DNA from: Amphiscolops sp. MND2022
Lineage: Eukaryota
Assembly (NCBI GenBank): GCA_964187785.1
Contig: OZ076409.1
Span: forward strand, 89,840,001-89,904,000
Reading direction: 5' to 3'
DNA: 64,000 bases
A program made the translations under genes and the position numbers. A model generated the notes under the pieces. The model saw only the letters and a list, made by a program, of their open reading frames with translations. It was not told the DNA's origin and made no database searches. This document shows, in pieces, positions 22,466-35,200 of this stretch (the stretch's first letter is position 1; the number at the start of each line of letters is the position of its first letter).

Positions 22466-25400
22466 AACAAGACGCCCGCTGAGCAGCGGGATATTTTCCG
22501 CCCCGAACTGTTCTACAACTACATAAGTTTGAGGCTCAAGAATAAGCCAATGCCTTATAAAAACGCCAATAAGTTCGAAGAAAAGAAAACTTTGATTCAT
22601 TGTACCCCATTTTAAAGGAAACCCCTAATTTATTATTTCAGAGAGCTGGTCACTTTTCGTTTTTTCGGCACTATGCGACTTACCAAGAAAAAAGAAAGTT
22701 TTCAAAAAATTTTTAGTTTTTGAGGTTTTCTGTAAAGGAAACAAGTTTCCTGAGTCTTGAGGGTGACCTCTTTGTTACTTTTGATCATGTGCAACTGATG
22801 AGATTTCTTTTTGATTGTGGGAAATAGCTCATTTAGGTTTTTTTCGACTTTGTACTTTCATTTGGTCAAAGTGTACCCCTTGCTTTCATAGCACATTTCG
22901 GCTTGAGAAAAGCAGTTTCGCGAGCTGAAACTCGTTTCGCCATAAATGGTAAAAGAGAAAATGTTAAATGCTTGAAATTAGGTCTGTTTCAAATTTAGGA
23001 AAATTGAGCAAACCCGGTTTGTTATAATATTGTACATTGTTTCACCAGAAGTGTCAAAAATTGCAAATAGTTTTGACAAGTTTAGGGTCAATTTGAGGAA
23101 CTTTTCGAACATGAATCTACAGATGTCTCTTCAAAAATAAGCCTACTGGATCCCGAGTTTAGCTGTTGTTGAATGTTTACACCATTCTAACCCATGAGTA
23201 GCTCGAAACATCTTTCTTAGGAAGGTGTACTCCATTTCTAGTGAATTTGTTTGGAGGTTTTTGAATGACAAATATTGGACAAATGAGGTTGAAATTTACG
23301 TTTTCAAGTAAAGTATTTGAAAGTTGTGCGAATAAACTTGTCTGATATCTTTACGGAACACTACCTACCGGTAACTAGACGTTTCAATACTGAGCCTATG
23401 ATATTTCTCATTGAAGTAAATTTTAGGAAAGTGTCCAAAATTGGGACTATGTTGTCGAAAATAAAGAAAATTCGGAAACTTTGACATCTTTGCTGTAAAC
23501 TCGATGAACTTCATGCCTTTTTCCCACAATTGCGTTTTGAATACTTTTTTGTTTGAACGCTGAGGTCATTGGAATTTCCCTGGAATTTTCATTGGAAACA
23601 AAAAATGGGATTAGTTTGTCAAACAACGTGCATTTTTGTTGTTTCATGGATTTTTGGGTGTTTTTGAGACCAATTCTAACAAAACATGCAGTTATCTCTT
23701 GAAAATTGCCAACTGGAGATATCCGGATGAGTTAGTGTTGAGTGTTTAAAACCATTTTATGCAAGGAAGTAGTTCAAAAAATGAACAAAAAACTGCCTGA
23801 AAATGTTGAAAAACTTGAAAATTTTCAGTTTTTCCAATAATTGTGTCATTTTGAGGAAACTTCCGACCATAATTTAGGCATTCTTTGAAACCGTGTTCCG
23901 GACCTAGTTTATCAACGCGAGCGTTTTGAACTTTTTAGTTTACCAAATTTTTCCAATCTCAAAAAAAATTCACTGAAAATGTGAGAAATCGACAAAACTT
24001 TTCAAGCTTTCGACTTTTTACGGTCACTTCTCAGCCATTTTCCAACCGAAATCTGCAAATATTCCCCTGAAAGCCTAATTGAATAAGAGTTCAGTCTTTG
24101 TTGAACGTTTGCTGACATTCTGACACCAAAATGATTCAAAAAGTACACAAGTTGCACAAAAACAAAGTTGAAATTTTTCGACTCCTTTGGAGTCATTCTG
24201 AAATGTTGGTGAAGCAAAACACTGTAATGTTCTCTTCAAGAAAACATTGCATAGCTCGTTTTTTCGTTGTTGAGTGGATTGCGGAACTTAGAACACAATC
24301 TCTCGGAAAAATCTCCAGAAATTGCATCAAAAACGACAAAAACTTCGAAATTTTGACATCTCAGGTCAATTTGAGGCCCTTTTCTTTTACGAATTGAACT
24401 TATCTCGTAACGAAAGCTCATCGAAACAACAAATTTGCCCACGCCTTAAGCGTTAAAACACTCTAGTCCAAGGAGTCTATCGATATTTTGACAAAAAGTG
24501 AAGAAAAAAAGGAATTTGATAATTTTTCGAGACTTTGTCTTTTTCGATGTCGATTCCGGACAATTTCCTATCGGAAAACTGCATTTATTTCTTTTCTAAG
24601 CATATTGGACAACACTTATTTTCCTTGTTGACCCTTTTCAACGTTCCAATTGGCGAAGTCCGTCAAAAATTTGGAAAAAATGCATGAAATCTTTGAAAAT
24701 TGGAAACTTTTGGGATTTTTGTCATTTACGGTGTCAATTTGAGATATTTTCAATCAGAACATTGCAGTTATCTCTTCATTAAAGATTAAAGACTGCGGGA
24801 CGTACCAATTTTTTCATTGTTGACCCTTTAAAACATTCCAATCCACGAAGTCTGTGAAACTTTAACAAAAAATGCATAAAACATTACTTTGAAAATTGGA
24901 AAATTTTGTGTTTTTTGTCAATTTCGGTGTCAATTTGAGACATTTTTATTTAGAAAAATGCAATAAACTCCTAAAAATGGTTACTGGACAACCAACGTTT
25001 TCCTTGTTGACCCCTTAAAACATTCCAATCTACGAAGTCTCCAAAATTTGACGAAAAATAAGTAGAAACTTTGAAAAATGGAAAATTTAGGGACTTTTGT
25101 CATTTTCGGTGTCAAGTTGAGACTTTTTTCAAATAAAAAACAGCCATTATCTCTTCTGAAACGCCTACTGGACAACAAACTTGTACCATGTTGATCGTTT
25201 CCAACATTCTAGTCCACAAATTCGATCGAAAATTCGTCAAAAATTGCTTAAAAACGTTAAAAATCTGGAATTTTTTGGTTTTCTTTGTCATTTTTGGGTC
25301 TTTTTTTCCAAAAAACCGCATCTATCTCTTCATAAACGACTACTGGACAACGGGTTCTTGTCTTTGTGAATTTTTTCAACATTCTAATCCACGACGTTTA

Positions 25401-25647
25401 TCGGAAACTTGACTTTTTGGGGTCATTTTTGAGTTATTTTGGGGTCATTCTGGGGTCCTTGGGGTCAACTAAAAAAGTCCTGAAATCTCCACAAATACAA
25501 ATCGCACGAAGCTAAATTTATGTGAGCTGAATTCTATGGGTGGAACCCTTTAGCTTTGATATAAATAAATTCTTGGCAAATTTTGTAAAAAAAAACCGTT
25601 CGATTTAAATATTTTCCTTTCCCATATGAAATATGGGCGGAAAATAA
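22466..25647 (-). mobile_element. Family-B Helentron/HINE-like element, copy 2, inserted upstream of the Tigger ORF
   Basis: aacaagacg-CCCGCTG-AG-CAGCGGG-atattttccgccc ... gggcggaaaataa; no TSD; internal ~185-bp tandem repeats at about 24460-25400. Confidence 0.72.
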
Positions 25648-26275
25648 CAAAGAAAGAACCAATGAGCGTTCGTTATAAGCGGCGTCGCGTTCGCACTAAG
25701 CGTGGTAATTTTAGGAATAGAAGACTTCGGGACTTTAACTTGTGTACTTTATAACCAGAAGTACGCTATAAGCGTGTTCGCCTTAAGCGGATTATACTGT
25801 ATTTTGATCGAACTCAGTAATGTACCTGTCCTATTCCTAATTAATTCTGCGTTTTGCAGGAATCATTTCTTGCAATTGACTTTCTGAATTTCCGAAGCAT
25901 TGATGTCTAAATTACGAAAGGGTCTTTGAATGAAAACAACCAATGAAATGTCAAGAATTAGGTCCTTCTGTTGTGTGGCAAAATGTTTTTTATCTGATTT
26001 GCTTTCGATTGAAGCAAATATTGTCGCGTATAAAATGACCGAATAAGTTATATTTTTTGCTTTTCGTCAGTTTTTTTTCGATACACCTGAACTGTCCAAA
26101 GTAGTTATACCAAAAGTTCTTCAATTTTGACAAAGTCCCTTTTGGCCATCTACATACTACATTTGAGCTGTAAAAAATGCTAAGGAGTTCCCTTCGACAA
26201 TAACACAACCCATACCGGATTTAACGGAAACCGGATATAACGAATACCGGATAAAACGTTTCTTGTTTCCTTCAG

Positions 26276-29200
26276 GCAGTGCCGGTAGAAAAGCAGATTA
26301 CATAGTTGGTCTGCGAGGAGAGTCGCCTCCCACAAACCGAACAAAGAGGTCTCAGAAACGAGAAGAAATCAGTACTGCCGATTTTGAGCCCATCGAGGAC
26401 GATTTCAATTCTTCACCCAGCAGTGTAAGCGCAGCATATATGTTTATTTCATCTCAACCAGCGTTTTTTTTGACGCCGCTAGTCAACGAAGTAGCGGCCG
26501 AACGGAATTTTTTTCCGAGGTAACTAATAGATTGTCCAAATTCAAAATTTCACCTGAAAATGAATTCCGAAATTTTGCATTTCTTACACTGGTAAAACTT
26601 ACACAGTTTGAAAAATTCTCATCTTTCTCCGTTCAAAATTGAATGAAGTTATCATTGAGTTTTTGAAACATACTTGAATTCAGACATGTAATAGTTTGAA
26701 AAAAAAGTTTTTCAGCGAAATGGCCATTTTGAAATTAGTGGTTTAGCTATTAGCGGAAAAACGTTTTCTTCAAACTATTACATGTTTGAATTCAAGTATG
26801 TTTCAAAACTCAATGATAACTTCATATGTCAAAACTCTCTTAACCTTTTTTTTCAAGTAAAATATTGATGAATTTTAAATTGAAATTTGAATGAAATGTA
26901 TTTTGAATGATTTTAAAATGAAACTTTGCGTTGAAATTGAAAGATCAACAGAGCAGAAAAAGCATGGCAAACCCGTAGTCATGGAATGTGATTGTCGTAT
27001 GTCAAAGGCAATGTTGTCATCGAATGTTAGATGTAACTCCAAATGACCTCTTTTGGGCGTTTGAAAAAATCCTAATTTGGAAATATTCTCACTCTTCTCC
27101 AGTTTATAGTTTCACGAGAATTTGATTGGTAGCATAGCTGTTTTATTCTAAAACTTTTGACTAAAATATATTATTTCTAAGAATTTTTATTATAAGTCAA
27201 CAAAATGTTTCAAAACAAAAGCTAATTAGGTTTCATTTTAGTGTAGCGAAATTATGTTGCCATAAAACGAAAGTTCTCGGTTCTGACGTTGTTCCCCAGA
27301 AGCATTGTCGATTATACTGTTTCTTTGAAACGTAGTCAGAGGGTTTTTCTTGCATTTCCAAAAATAGTACATAGCTCTGAGATCTGAAAAGTTTAGAACT
27401 GCTAAAGCATTATGCCTCAGTTCTTAGTCCGTGGAGGAATCGTACTAGAACTTGAAAACATTTGAAGTGATTGCTAATCATTTGAAATAGTTATTTTGAA
27501 GACGGTTTAGTTTAACATCACTCACCACTGAATTCAAATGCCAGCCTTCAACTGAAAATTTATGTTCATCTCTAACTGCTGGCTGTTTAGGGAGTGAAAT
27601 CGGAAGTCAAAAGCGAGTGGTATAAACAGATGTTCAAATCTATGAATCCTGATTCTGTGCGTACATCAGGTAAGTTTTCTCCGTTTTTTGAAACATTCCC
27701 TAATCAAATAACGAAACGATTCATTCTTTATCTATATCTTTAACGTAGACGAGTGGTGTCCAGTTTTAATTAATTTAATTAATAGTGTGATTGATTATTC
27801 AACTTCGAATTTCAACAAAAGGTTCTGTGGCACCTTCAGTATTTTTGTATCAGATAACTCAAAGAAGTTAGTATGTAATAGAATTATTATTAATAGTAGA
27901 ATGCGAAAGCTCAAAAGCTGAAAAAATGATTCTGGATTTTTAAAATGTTTCCTTGCTCCAATAACCATCACAAATGGAATCTTGCTGAACTGTTTAACTT
28001 GTTTTGTTAGAACTATTTGAGCGAGTTACACCGTATTGAAGAAAAAAACCGACGAAAAACTACTTTAATAGTCGTTCTATGTTTCATATCGTGCCGACTC
28101 AAAATAAAACAACTGTACCTACGTCACTGATGTAAGCAATGTATACTAAAATTGTTTTTTTTTCGGTATAATTATCTGAGCAATGAATGTCCTCTTGTAA
28201 GTTTGCCTCATAAGGTCATAGAAACTAAGTGTTAAGTGGATGTTCCAGAAAAAGATTTTGTCAGCATTGAAGAAGACGATTTACCTGCTTACAAAGATCG
28301 CTCTTCTCGAAGACCACTCAATTTCTCACACGAACAAACAAGATCTAAATCAAATCCATATCAGGACAGTAATCACAACCCAACCCACATGAATTCTCGA
28401 AACTCCAGTGGCAGGCCAAAGGCCGATCATTTTCGTGAGTTCCTGGACTTCGACGATTCTCCTCAAACAGATTCGCGTGACCGACGAGCTCCAAATAATC
28501 ATATCGGTGAGTTTTTAGTCGGCGCTTTTTCGTAGAAAAACGCAGACTATAGTAGTGACTTTTCTTTTTTTAAGACCAACGAAGTGACAGATATAAGCTT
28601 TATAAGCTGACTTGAACTAACACTAAATGCCACACTACTTCTACTGCACTTATGCCGCACTTGAGATAGAGGTTAATTAGGCTTTTTTGAGGTTCCCTTC
28701 CAACTTATCGGAGACCAAAAAATTTTGAAAAAAAACTTCGAAAAAATGTGATTTTTTTTCAATTTTTTTCTCATGCGGGTACTGTAGAAGAGAATACTTG
28801 ACACTTTGAAGTCCTTTTGCTATTTTTGAACCTTAGATATGGCGCCGACTTGGGCCGTTCCCGGCTTGTTTAATGGAAGTTTTGCTCCTCTCATTACAAA
28901 TTAGACTCAGAGTAAAGATAAGCGAGAATTCAAACCTTCTTCACGAGCAAATTGAAGCCCGAAATTAACGAGCACAATTTTTCTTCGAGCACAACGGTCA
29001 TTCTTTGTCCCAATTGGTGCTACTAACAACTATATCTTGAACTCGAATGAATAAATCCTTCTTCTAAATTTGCTAACTTGAAACCCTACTTTAGGAACTT
29101 TTTCTTAACAATATGAAAGCCTGGTTTGGCTTCTAACTAACCTAATTGTTTGCTGTCTTCGCACAGAAACTGACCTCAACAATGATGACCTGTTGAATGG

Positions 29201-32200
29201 GTTCGGTGAAGTTAAAAGAAGACCGGATTATTCTGATTCCAAATCAGCACCCAGATTTTCACCCAATGACTCTGCTCCCCAAGGAGGTTATCACAGGTCC
29301 AGGTCATCTCTGGATCAAAAGACTTTACTCAAGCTGGCTGCTTCTGTGAACGATATGAAAGATCCGGAGGAAAAGGGAAAGCCAACTGACAGTGTCGCCT
29401 CTGGTAATCGAGGCCGAAAAGAGAGACCGAAAAGAATTGACGAATTTCATCAGATCAAGAACTATTTCGACACACTGTCAAAAAACGCAGAAGAGGAGAG
29501 TAATTTACGGAGAAATTCCAGACGCACACAGAGCTTGGACAGAGCGAAAGTGAGCAACAGAAGCCAAGCTCTTGGTAACAAAAACTTCGAAAACATCCAA
29601 AGAAAGTTCAATTCTCCCAATCCCGGTCCTGGGAATATCAGTGAAAGAAGAAACGAAGATCAAGCTGATGGCAAAAAGGTTTCCAAGTGGAAACTAAGCT
29701 CTGTTGACGAGTATTATCTGACTCAGCGACAGTATAGGTACACTGTAAGGGAACCAAAGGCGTCTTTCAAACCCCCCAGACCGCAATTGCCACCTTCTTC
29801 AGCCATTGATACCGATTTCATTACCCAAAACATCAGTTTGGACCGTAGCAATGGTGACATCGATAGTGGCTATGCCAGATCTTCAAGTCCTCGCGATATT
29901 CACGAAAATGGCACGACTGATGAAAGACACGATCAAAATCCGTTGGATCATCCAAACAATGGAAAATCAACATACGCTCTGAGTTTACACCCCTCGCGAA
30001 ACAACCCGCAGCAGTTTGGTGGACACAGTGAAATGAGGCAGTCACCAAATAGCAACACAGGTTATTTGGAGAAAACGGAGAATGTCGAAGATGTTGCTGA
30101 ATCAGATTCGGATGATACTGCTTCTCTTCCCTCGCAAGTGGAAAACTACCACCGCCCAGGATCTAGCCAGAACGTAGTTCGTGATCCGGTCGTCAGAGCC
30201 AACTTGGAAGAAAAAATTCAAAAATGCAAAGGCAAAATCAACGGTAATCATGATATTTATGGATCTCGGAACTCGCTCAAACAACAAACAGAAGTGACGG
30301 ATCAGATAGATATCGGCTGGAACCAGCCACTTGCTAAAAAAGCTGTTCCTCTTGGAGCCCCTGTGAGCCGAACTAATTCTGGCCGGAAACCATTGGTACA
30401 AAGTGGCATTGACATTTGGCAGAATCGAATAGAAGCTGTGGAAACTGCAAAGAATCGAAGTCTCTATGATCCAGAGTTGCCTCTTGATGATTCATTCAAC
30501 CAGCAAAACAGTCCTGGGCAAAATGGTCCTGAACGTTTTGCACCTGATGAAATGATTGCAAATTTTGATGATCCCCATATAGATACGAAAGACGAGTTTA
30601 CTGCTGATTCAAAAGACGGACTTGTTGTTACTCCAACTGATAGTAACAAGTCTAGCATGAAAGAAAGCGAAGCGGAAGCTCCGGAATATAACTTTTACTT
30701 AAGTAACCGGTCTTTCCTCAACTCAATTCCTCAACCATACAACAAGCTCAAAGTGGGAGCACCTTATGAGTCCTCGGAAAAGTTCCGCAAACGTCCTGGC
30801 AATATACGAGAACAAGAGAACAGAAATGTTCCAAAAGCAACGTCTATTGGTCCGGATTCTGTAGTAGATAATTTGAATGACGTCACGAAAAACGTTGAGC
30901 GCATGTTCGACGCTCCAACAAAAGTCAATGACGAATTCAGCGAACAAGGTGAGAAAACTTTTCAAAGGGAATTTGTGGAGCAGTTGGTTTATTTTCCCAA
31001 ATCTAAGGAATTTTTCACAATTGACAGTGACAGAGACAGACAGCAAGTGAGATTCAAAAGTGACCCTCATTATTTCATAACCGTGACTAGGAAGCAAACT
31101 GAAGAAGTTGTTACTAAAATCGATTCTGGTACTGATAATAATTGCCCCAAGATACCAATTAATGAGGACGTTCGAAGCTTCGCGAGGGAAATCACCAACC
31201 GAAGAACTGGTTCTGCAGAAAGAAGTCCCAATGCCCCGAATTTTGATAGCTTTGATCCGAGACCAGCACAGCATCCTCTTGACCGATTTGCAGACACTGG
31301 CTCCTCCAGAACAAATTTGAATGCCCAAAATCACCTAAAAGAAACAGTGCTCAACTCTCCAACAAAGAAACAGGATTATTCTGGTTTGCACGGTTCCAGA
31401 AAAGATCCTGCACTTTCTGAGGGCTTTAATTCCAGCTCCAATTTGCGAGGACCTGATCCTCGAGATTCTTTGCTATCGCCGATTCAAAGCGAATTTCGAC
31501 CAGTTAGAGACGAATTTTCACCGCCTCATCACAGCACAACAAACCGGTCTAACACAGAACCAAGAGATGGGTTTCAAAGTTCCAACCGTGATCTTTCTAG
31601 GGTCGATAGTTCTAACAGGTATCGCAAAAACAACACTGGCAATTCAAACGCAAGAGTTGCTTTGTCGTCGCGAGGCCCGACTGGTAACCGATCAGCGAGT
31701 GTTGATGCGTTGAACGTCGTCTCGTCAGATGGCCGAGATACTAACTCCCTCAGTGACTTCAAAATAACTCGTGAAATTGGAACCCGAATGCCTCTATCCC
31801 AGCATCGCTCTCAAAACCTAGGTAGTTATTCTTACATCAATGGCACCAATAATGACGAAATTGTCCCCCTGACCCAGAAAGACAACACTCAAAAAGTCTT
31901 CAAAGATGATTCTCCCGATGAATATGGGATACACTCGAGAAGAGACCCTGTCAATGGAGCTTCTTCAAACATGTCCATGTCAGCATCAGCTCTGAACGAG
32001 TTCAACTCGAAGGAAGCAGACAGTGGCGTTGAACTGGATTATAACCCTGGTCCTAATTCAGGTTACCTTTTCCCTAATCCTCTTCTAACCTGTCTGATCT
32101 TTTTCATCACATGACAAATGTGATCGTCCAAATATCTGAATTCTGCTTTTTTGAATTTCTTCATCAACTCGAAGATTTTCAATGAACTAAAAGACCTATC

Positions 32201-35200
32201 GGTACCATGCTTATCTTCCCAAAGTCATTCGTGAATTCAAAGTTCTCTTTTTTATGTCAATGATTAGTTAGTGCATTACCCGGAAGATAAGACGTAATTG
32301 CGATTAGGACCATTTTCCATGCCGCTTTTTGTCAAAATTGGCTGTTTTGACTTCAAATAGGTTTCTGGGTGAGCAAAGGAACTCAGAAATTGAAGTTTTA
32401 GCTTGAAAAAGCCTTGATATGACAAACATATGTTGCCAGTTTTTCGTGCAAAAAAAATAGGAATAGGCTAGTTCTATGTGCGGACTTGGAACTGTACCAA
32501 ATTTTAGATGATTTACGTATGTTCCAATCTGAGTCCAATCTGTATGACGATAAAAGACTTGCCCCTGCCAGTGACCGGAATGATGAGTCTCCAATTGCAG
32601 TTTTTGGCAACGCTGACCAGCCCAAAAACGACAATGTTCCAGCGAAAGAATCTTCTAGCCGACCAATTAAGAAAGTTAGTTTTTGCAGATTGTTTATAAT
32701 TGCTTCGTACCCCGAATTAAGTTTTTTTCACCCTCGCAGACGCACGATCCGCGCTATTTTTTGGCATGTGTACGTTTTTATCTTTGAAAGGCAGCGTATA
32801 ATGTTTCTCAAACCTATCAAGTTTCACGAAAAAGAATGAGAATCACGGTCAGTGATTTGGCGTGTATTACCGTGGCTTGCACTGTTACTCGAGTATTCAG
32901 TTAAAGATACAAGAGAATACATACACAATTGTTTTCTACAATACAGGACAAGTTCTGCCTGGATTATAAATTATTGGAAAACGTGTAAGAGAGAAAACGC
33001 TTATAGAGCAGAGAGTTTTGGAAATTTTCATTTGCCCGGCTTCATCTGCTGTTGAAAGACTATTTAGTTTATGTGGCTTGAGGACTTCCAATTGCCGTAG
33101 TAAAACGAAACCCGAAATTTTGGAAAAGTTGGTCAAGATTACTTTTTGAATTTAAGCATCTTTAAGAAATTTTGAATGTTTCGTTACTTAAAATACTGAG
33201 TACCGGAAACTTTTATGCACGTCAAATCACTGATCACGGTACAAAGGTTTCCAAACTAACTTGAGTTTTGCCAAATTTCAAAATTGAATAAATGTTTTCC
33301 TCAATTCGAAGTTCTTTTTAACAGAACCAAGTGAGTTAGCTGGTTTACTTCCGGTTTTATTCATCAACATTGAAAAATAGTTCTACAAAATGGATGCAAT
33401 TGAAAATTGTCTGGGTGTTTGATTCAGGTTTTGAGTGTAAGTACATACATATTTGCATGTTGATTGTTCATTTCCCATTGTGTCCTTTTAGCTGATCGGG
33501 AGATAATGCACCAAGCAGACAAGCAATTGGGCAAAAAACATCAATTCACGTGAAAACCAAAAAAATCTCAATTTTTCATTATAATGCTATTTTTCAGAGT
33601 CAGGTTTTCTTGATCATCCGTTTGACTGCTTAATTGCTTGCTCTTAAATGCAGTTCATCCTTTCTTTACTTTTGGTTTATGTCATGGAAGTCCATCTATT
33701 GATCAATCCAACTGAATAAGTAATGTATTTTTCCAAGTGTCAAATTCATCGGGATCATGTTGCTAATGGACATGACAAAGCACGGAGAATCGAAAAAATA
33801 TGAATCTGAAGTATGACAGACATTTTTCCATAATGTTCAATTTAAAACGTTTTTAGTGTTGTCTAGTGTAGTTTCCTTTTCCTCATGCAAAAATATCCTC
33901 TTGATGAAAAGTATCACTCGCGAGCTAGCACCAGAAAACCGCGGCCAACCATTTATTTTGTTTTTTTTTTACAATGCCACATATACAGTGCTTTTTTTCT
34001 GTCTGTGATCATTGGAGCAATGGGCGCGACCTTTTTGATGTCCGGCACATTTTGTCTTCAAAAGCACTTCAAACGCATTTGTCTTCCAGTGCCATGCAAA
34101 GTACTGAAAAGGTTGTTCAAAGGTTGCACCATTGTTGTATAAATAATCAAGGGATGACAAAGGGGACTGGTTCTATTTTTCCATGGTGACAATTTGCTTC
34201 AAGTTATGTTCTCGGAAATGTTTGTTGATAAAGTTGTGATCAACGTTTCTCAAGCTAACATGCCGGATTTTCACGTCTTTTCATTGTCTTTTTATCGTGT
34301 TTCAAAGGACTCTTCAAATCATCAAAAGATTTCCTATTTATAATAGTTGAAGACAATTGTCAAAGCCTGCTGCTAAAGCTTGAAAATAAGATGGAAGATT
34401 GGAAGTGTATTTCAGCTATATTCCGTTAGACCATATGGTGGAAAACTCGACGAAACTGAAAACTAAATATTGTCTGTCGAAACTTTGCTGGTGCTAATTT
34501 CTAGTTTCTATTTTGTGAAAGATTTCGCTCTGCGACAGCATTCTAACTCGAGTTAATATTCAATAGTTACCTTTGTTGTCACCTGGATAGTTCTTCCTCG
34601 AAGCGATACTTTAATCGTATTCAAAGTAGAAGTATCGAGTTTAAGTAACTTATACTTTGAATACAAAGAGAAGATCGAATTCGGAAAGTTTTTAATGTGG
34701 TGGAAAGTCCTGAAAAACGTTGCTTGAAATTGGTTTGTAACGAACTTTTTAAAGTAAGGAGGCTCTATTTCAAACGCAACCTTTTGTTAATTGAGGTAAA
34801 TTGGTTTCTGAATCCTGCTGCCAATTTAGTCACAACTCATTCATATCATGAAAGCGATTGAATTGTCAAGATTTTCGTTCAATTCAATTAGTATGCGTAA
34901 ATTTTTGATGTAAAAATACTATTACATTACTTTTTGTTTTAAAAGTTGTTTAAAAGAACCTAATATTTCTTGAGAAATGTATTCACAGTTTAATTCTCAC
35001 TTTCCATCCCTAGTTTCGGGGTTGCAAACGAGATGTTGTGTTTTTTCATCCGGTATTTAGACGACAGTGCAGTTAAAAACCACTCGCTGTCCTCCAGAGC
35101 AGTGAATCAATGTGACGTTCCAAATCATTCCTTTTTGGAAATGAAAACTTGCGTTCAGTTCCGAATGAAAATGTTCCCAATAAATGAATTTTAAAATTTC

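Larger units (their letters stand above)
21374..25799 (-). mobile_element. Tigger/pogo DNA transposon, internally deleted, with nested family-B insertion
   Basis: TIRs CAGTAAAATCCGCTTATAGCGAAC / CAGTATAATCCGCTTAAGGCGAAC, TA on both sides, transposase remnant inside. Confidence 0.9.

Noticed and set aside
26213..26256. Three accgga..aacg repeats resembling a Tigger-type subterminal region
   Set aside because: No TIR pair or TSD found; too short to call.
30723..31334. 203-aa antisense ORF within the giant exon
   Set aside because: Shadow ORF opposite a long coding exon; same reasoning applies to the many + strand ORFs opposite the BEL and Gypsy frames.
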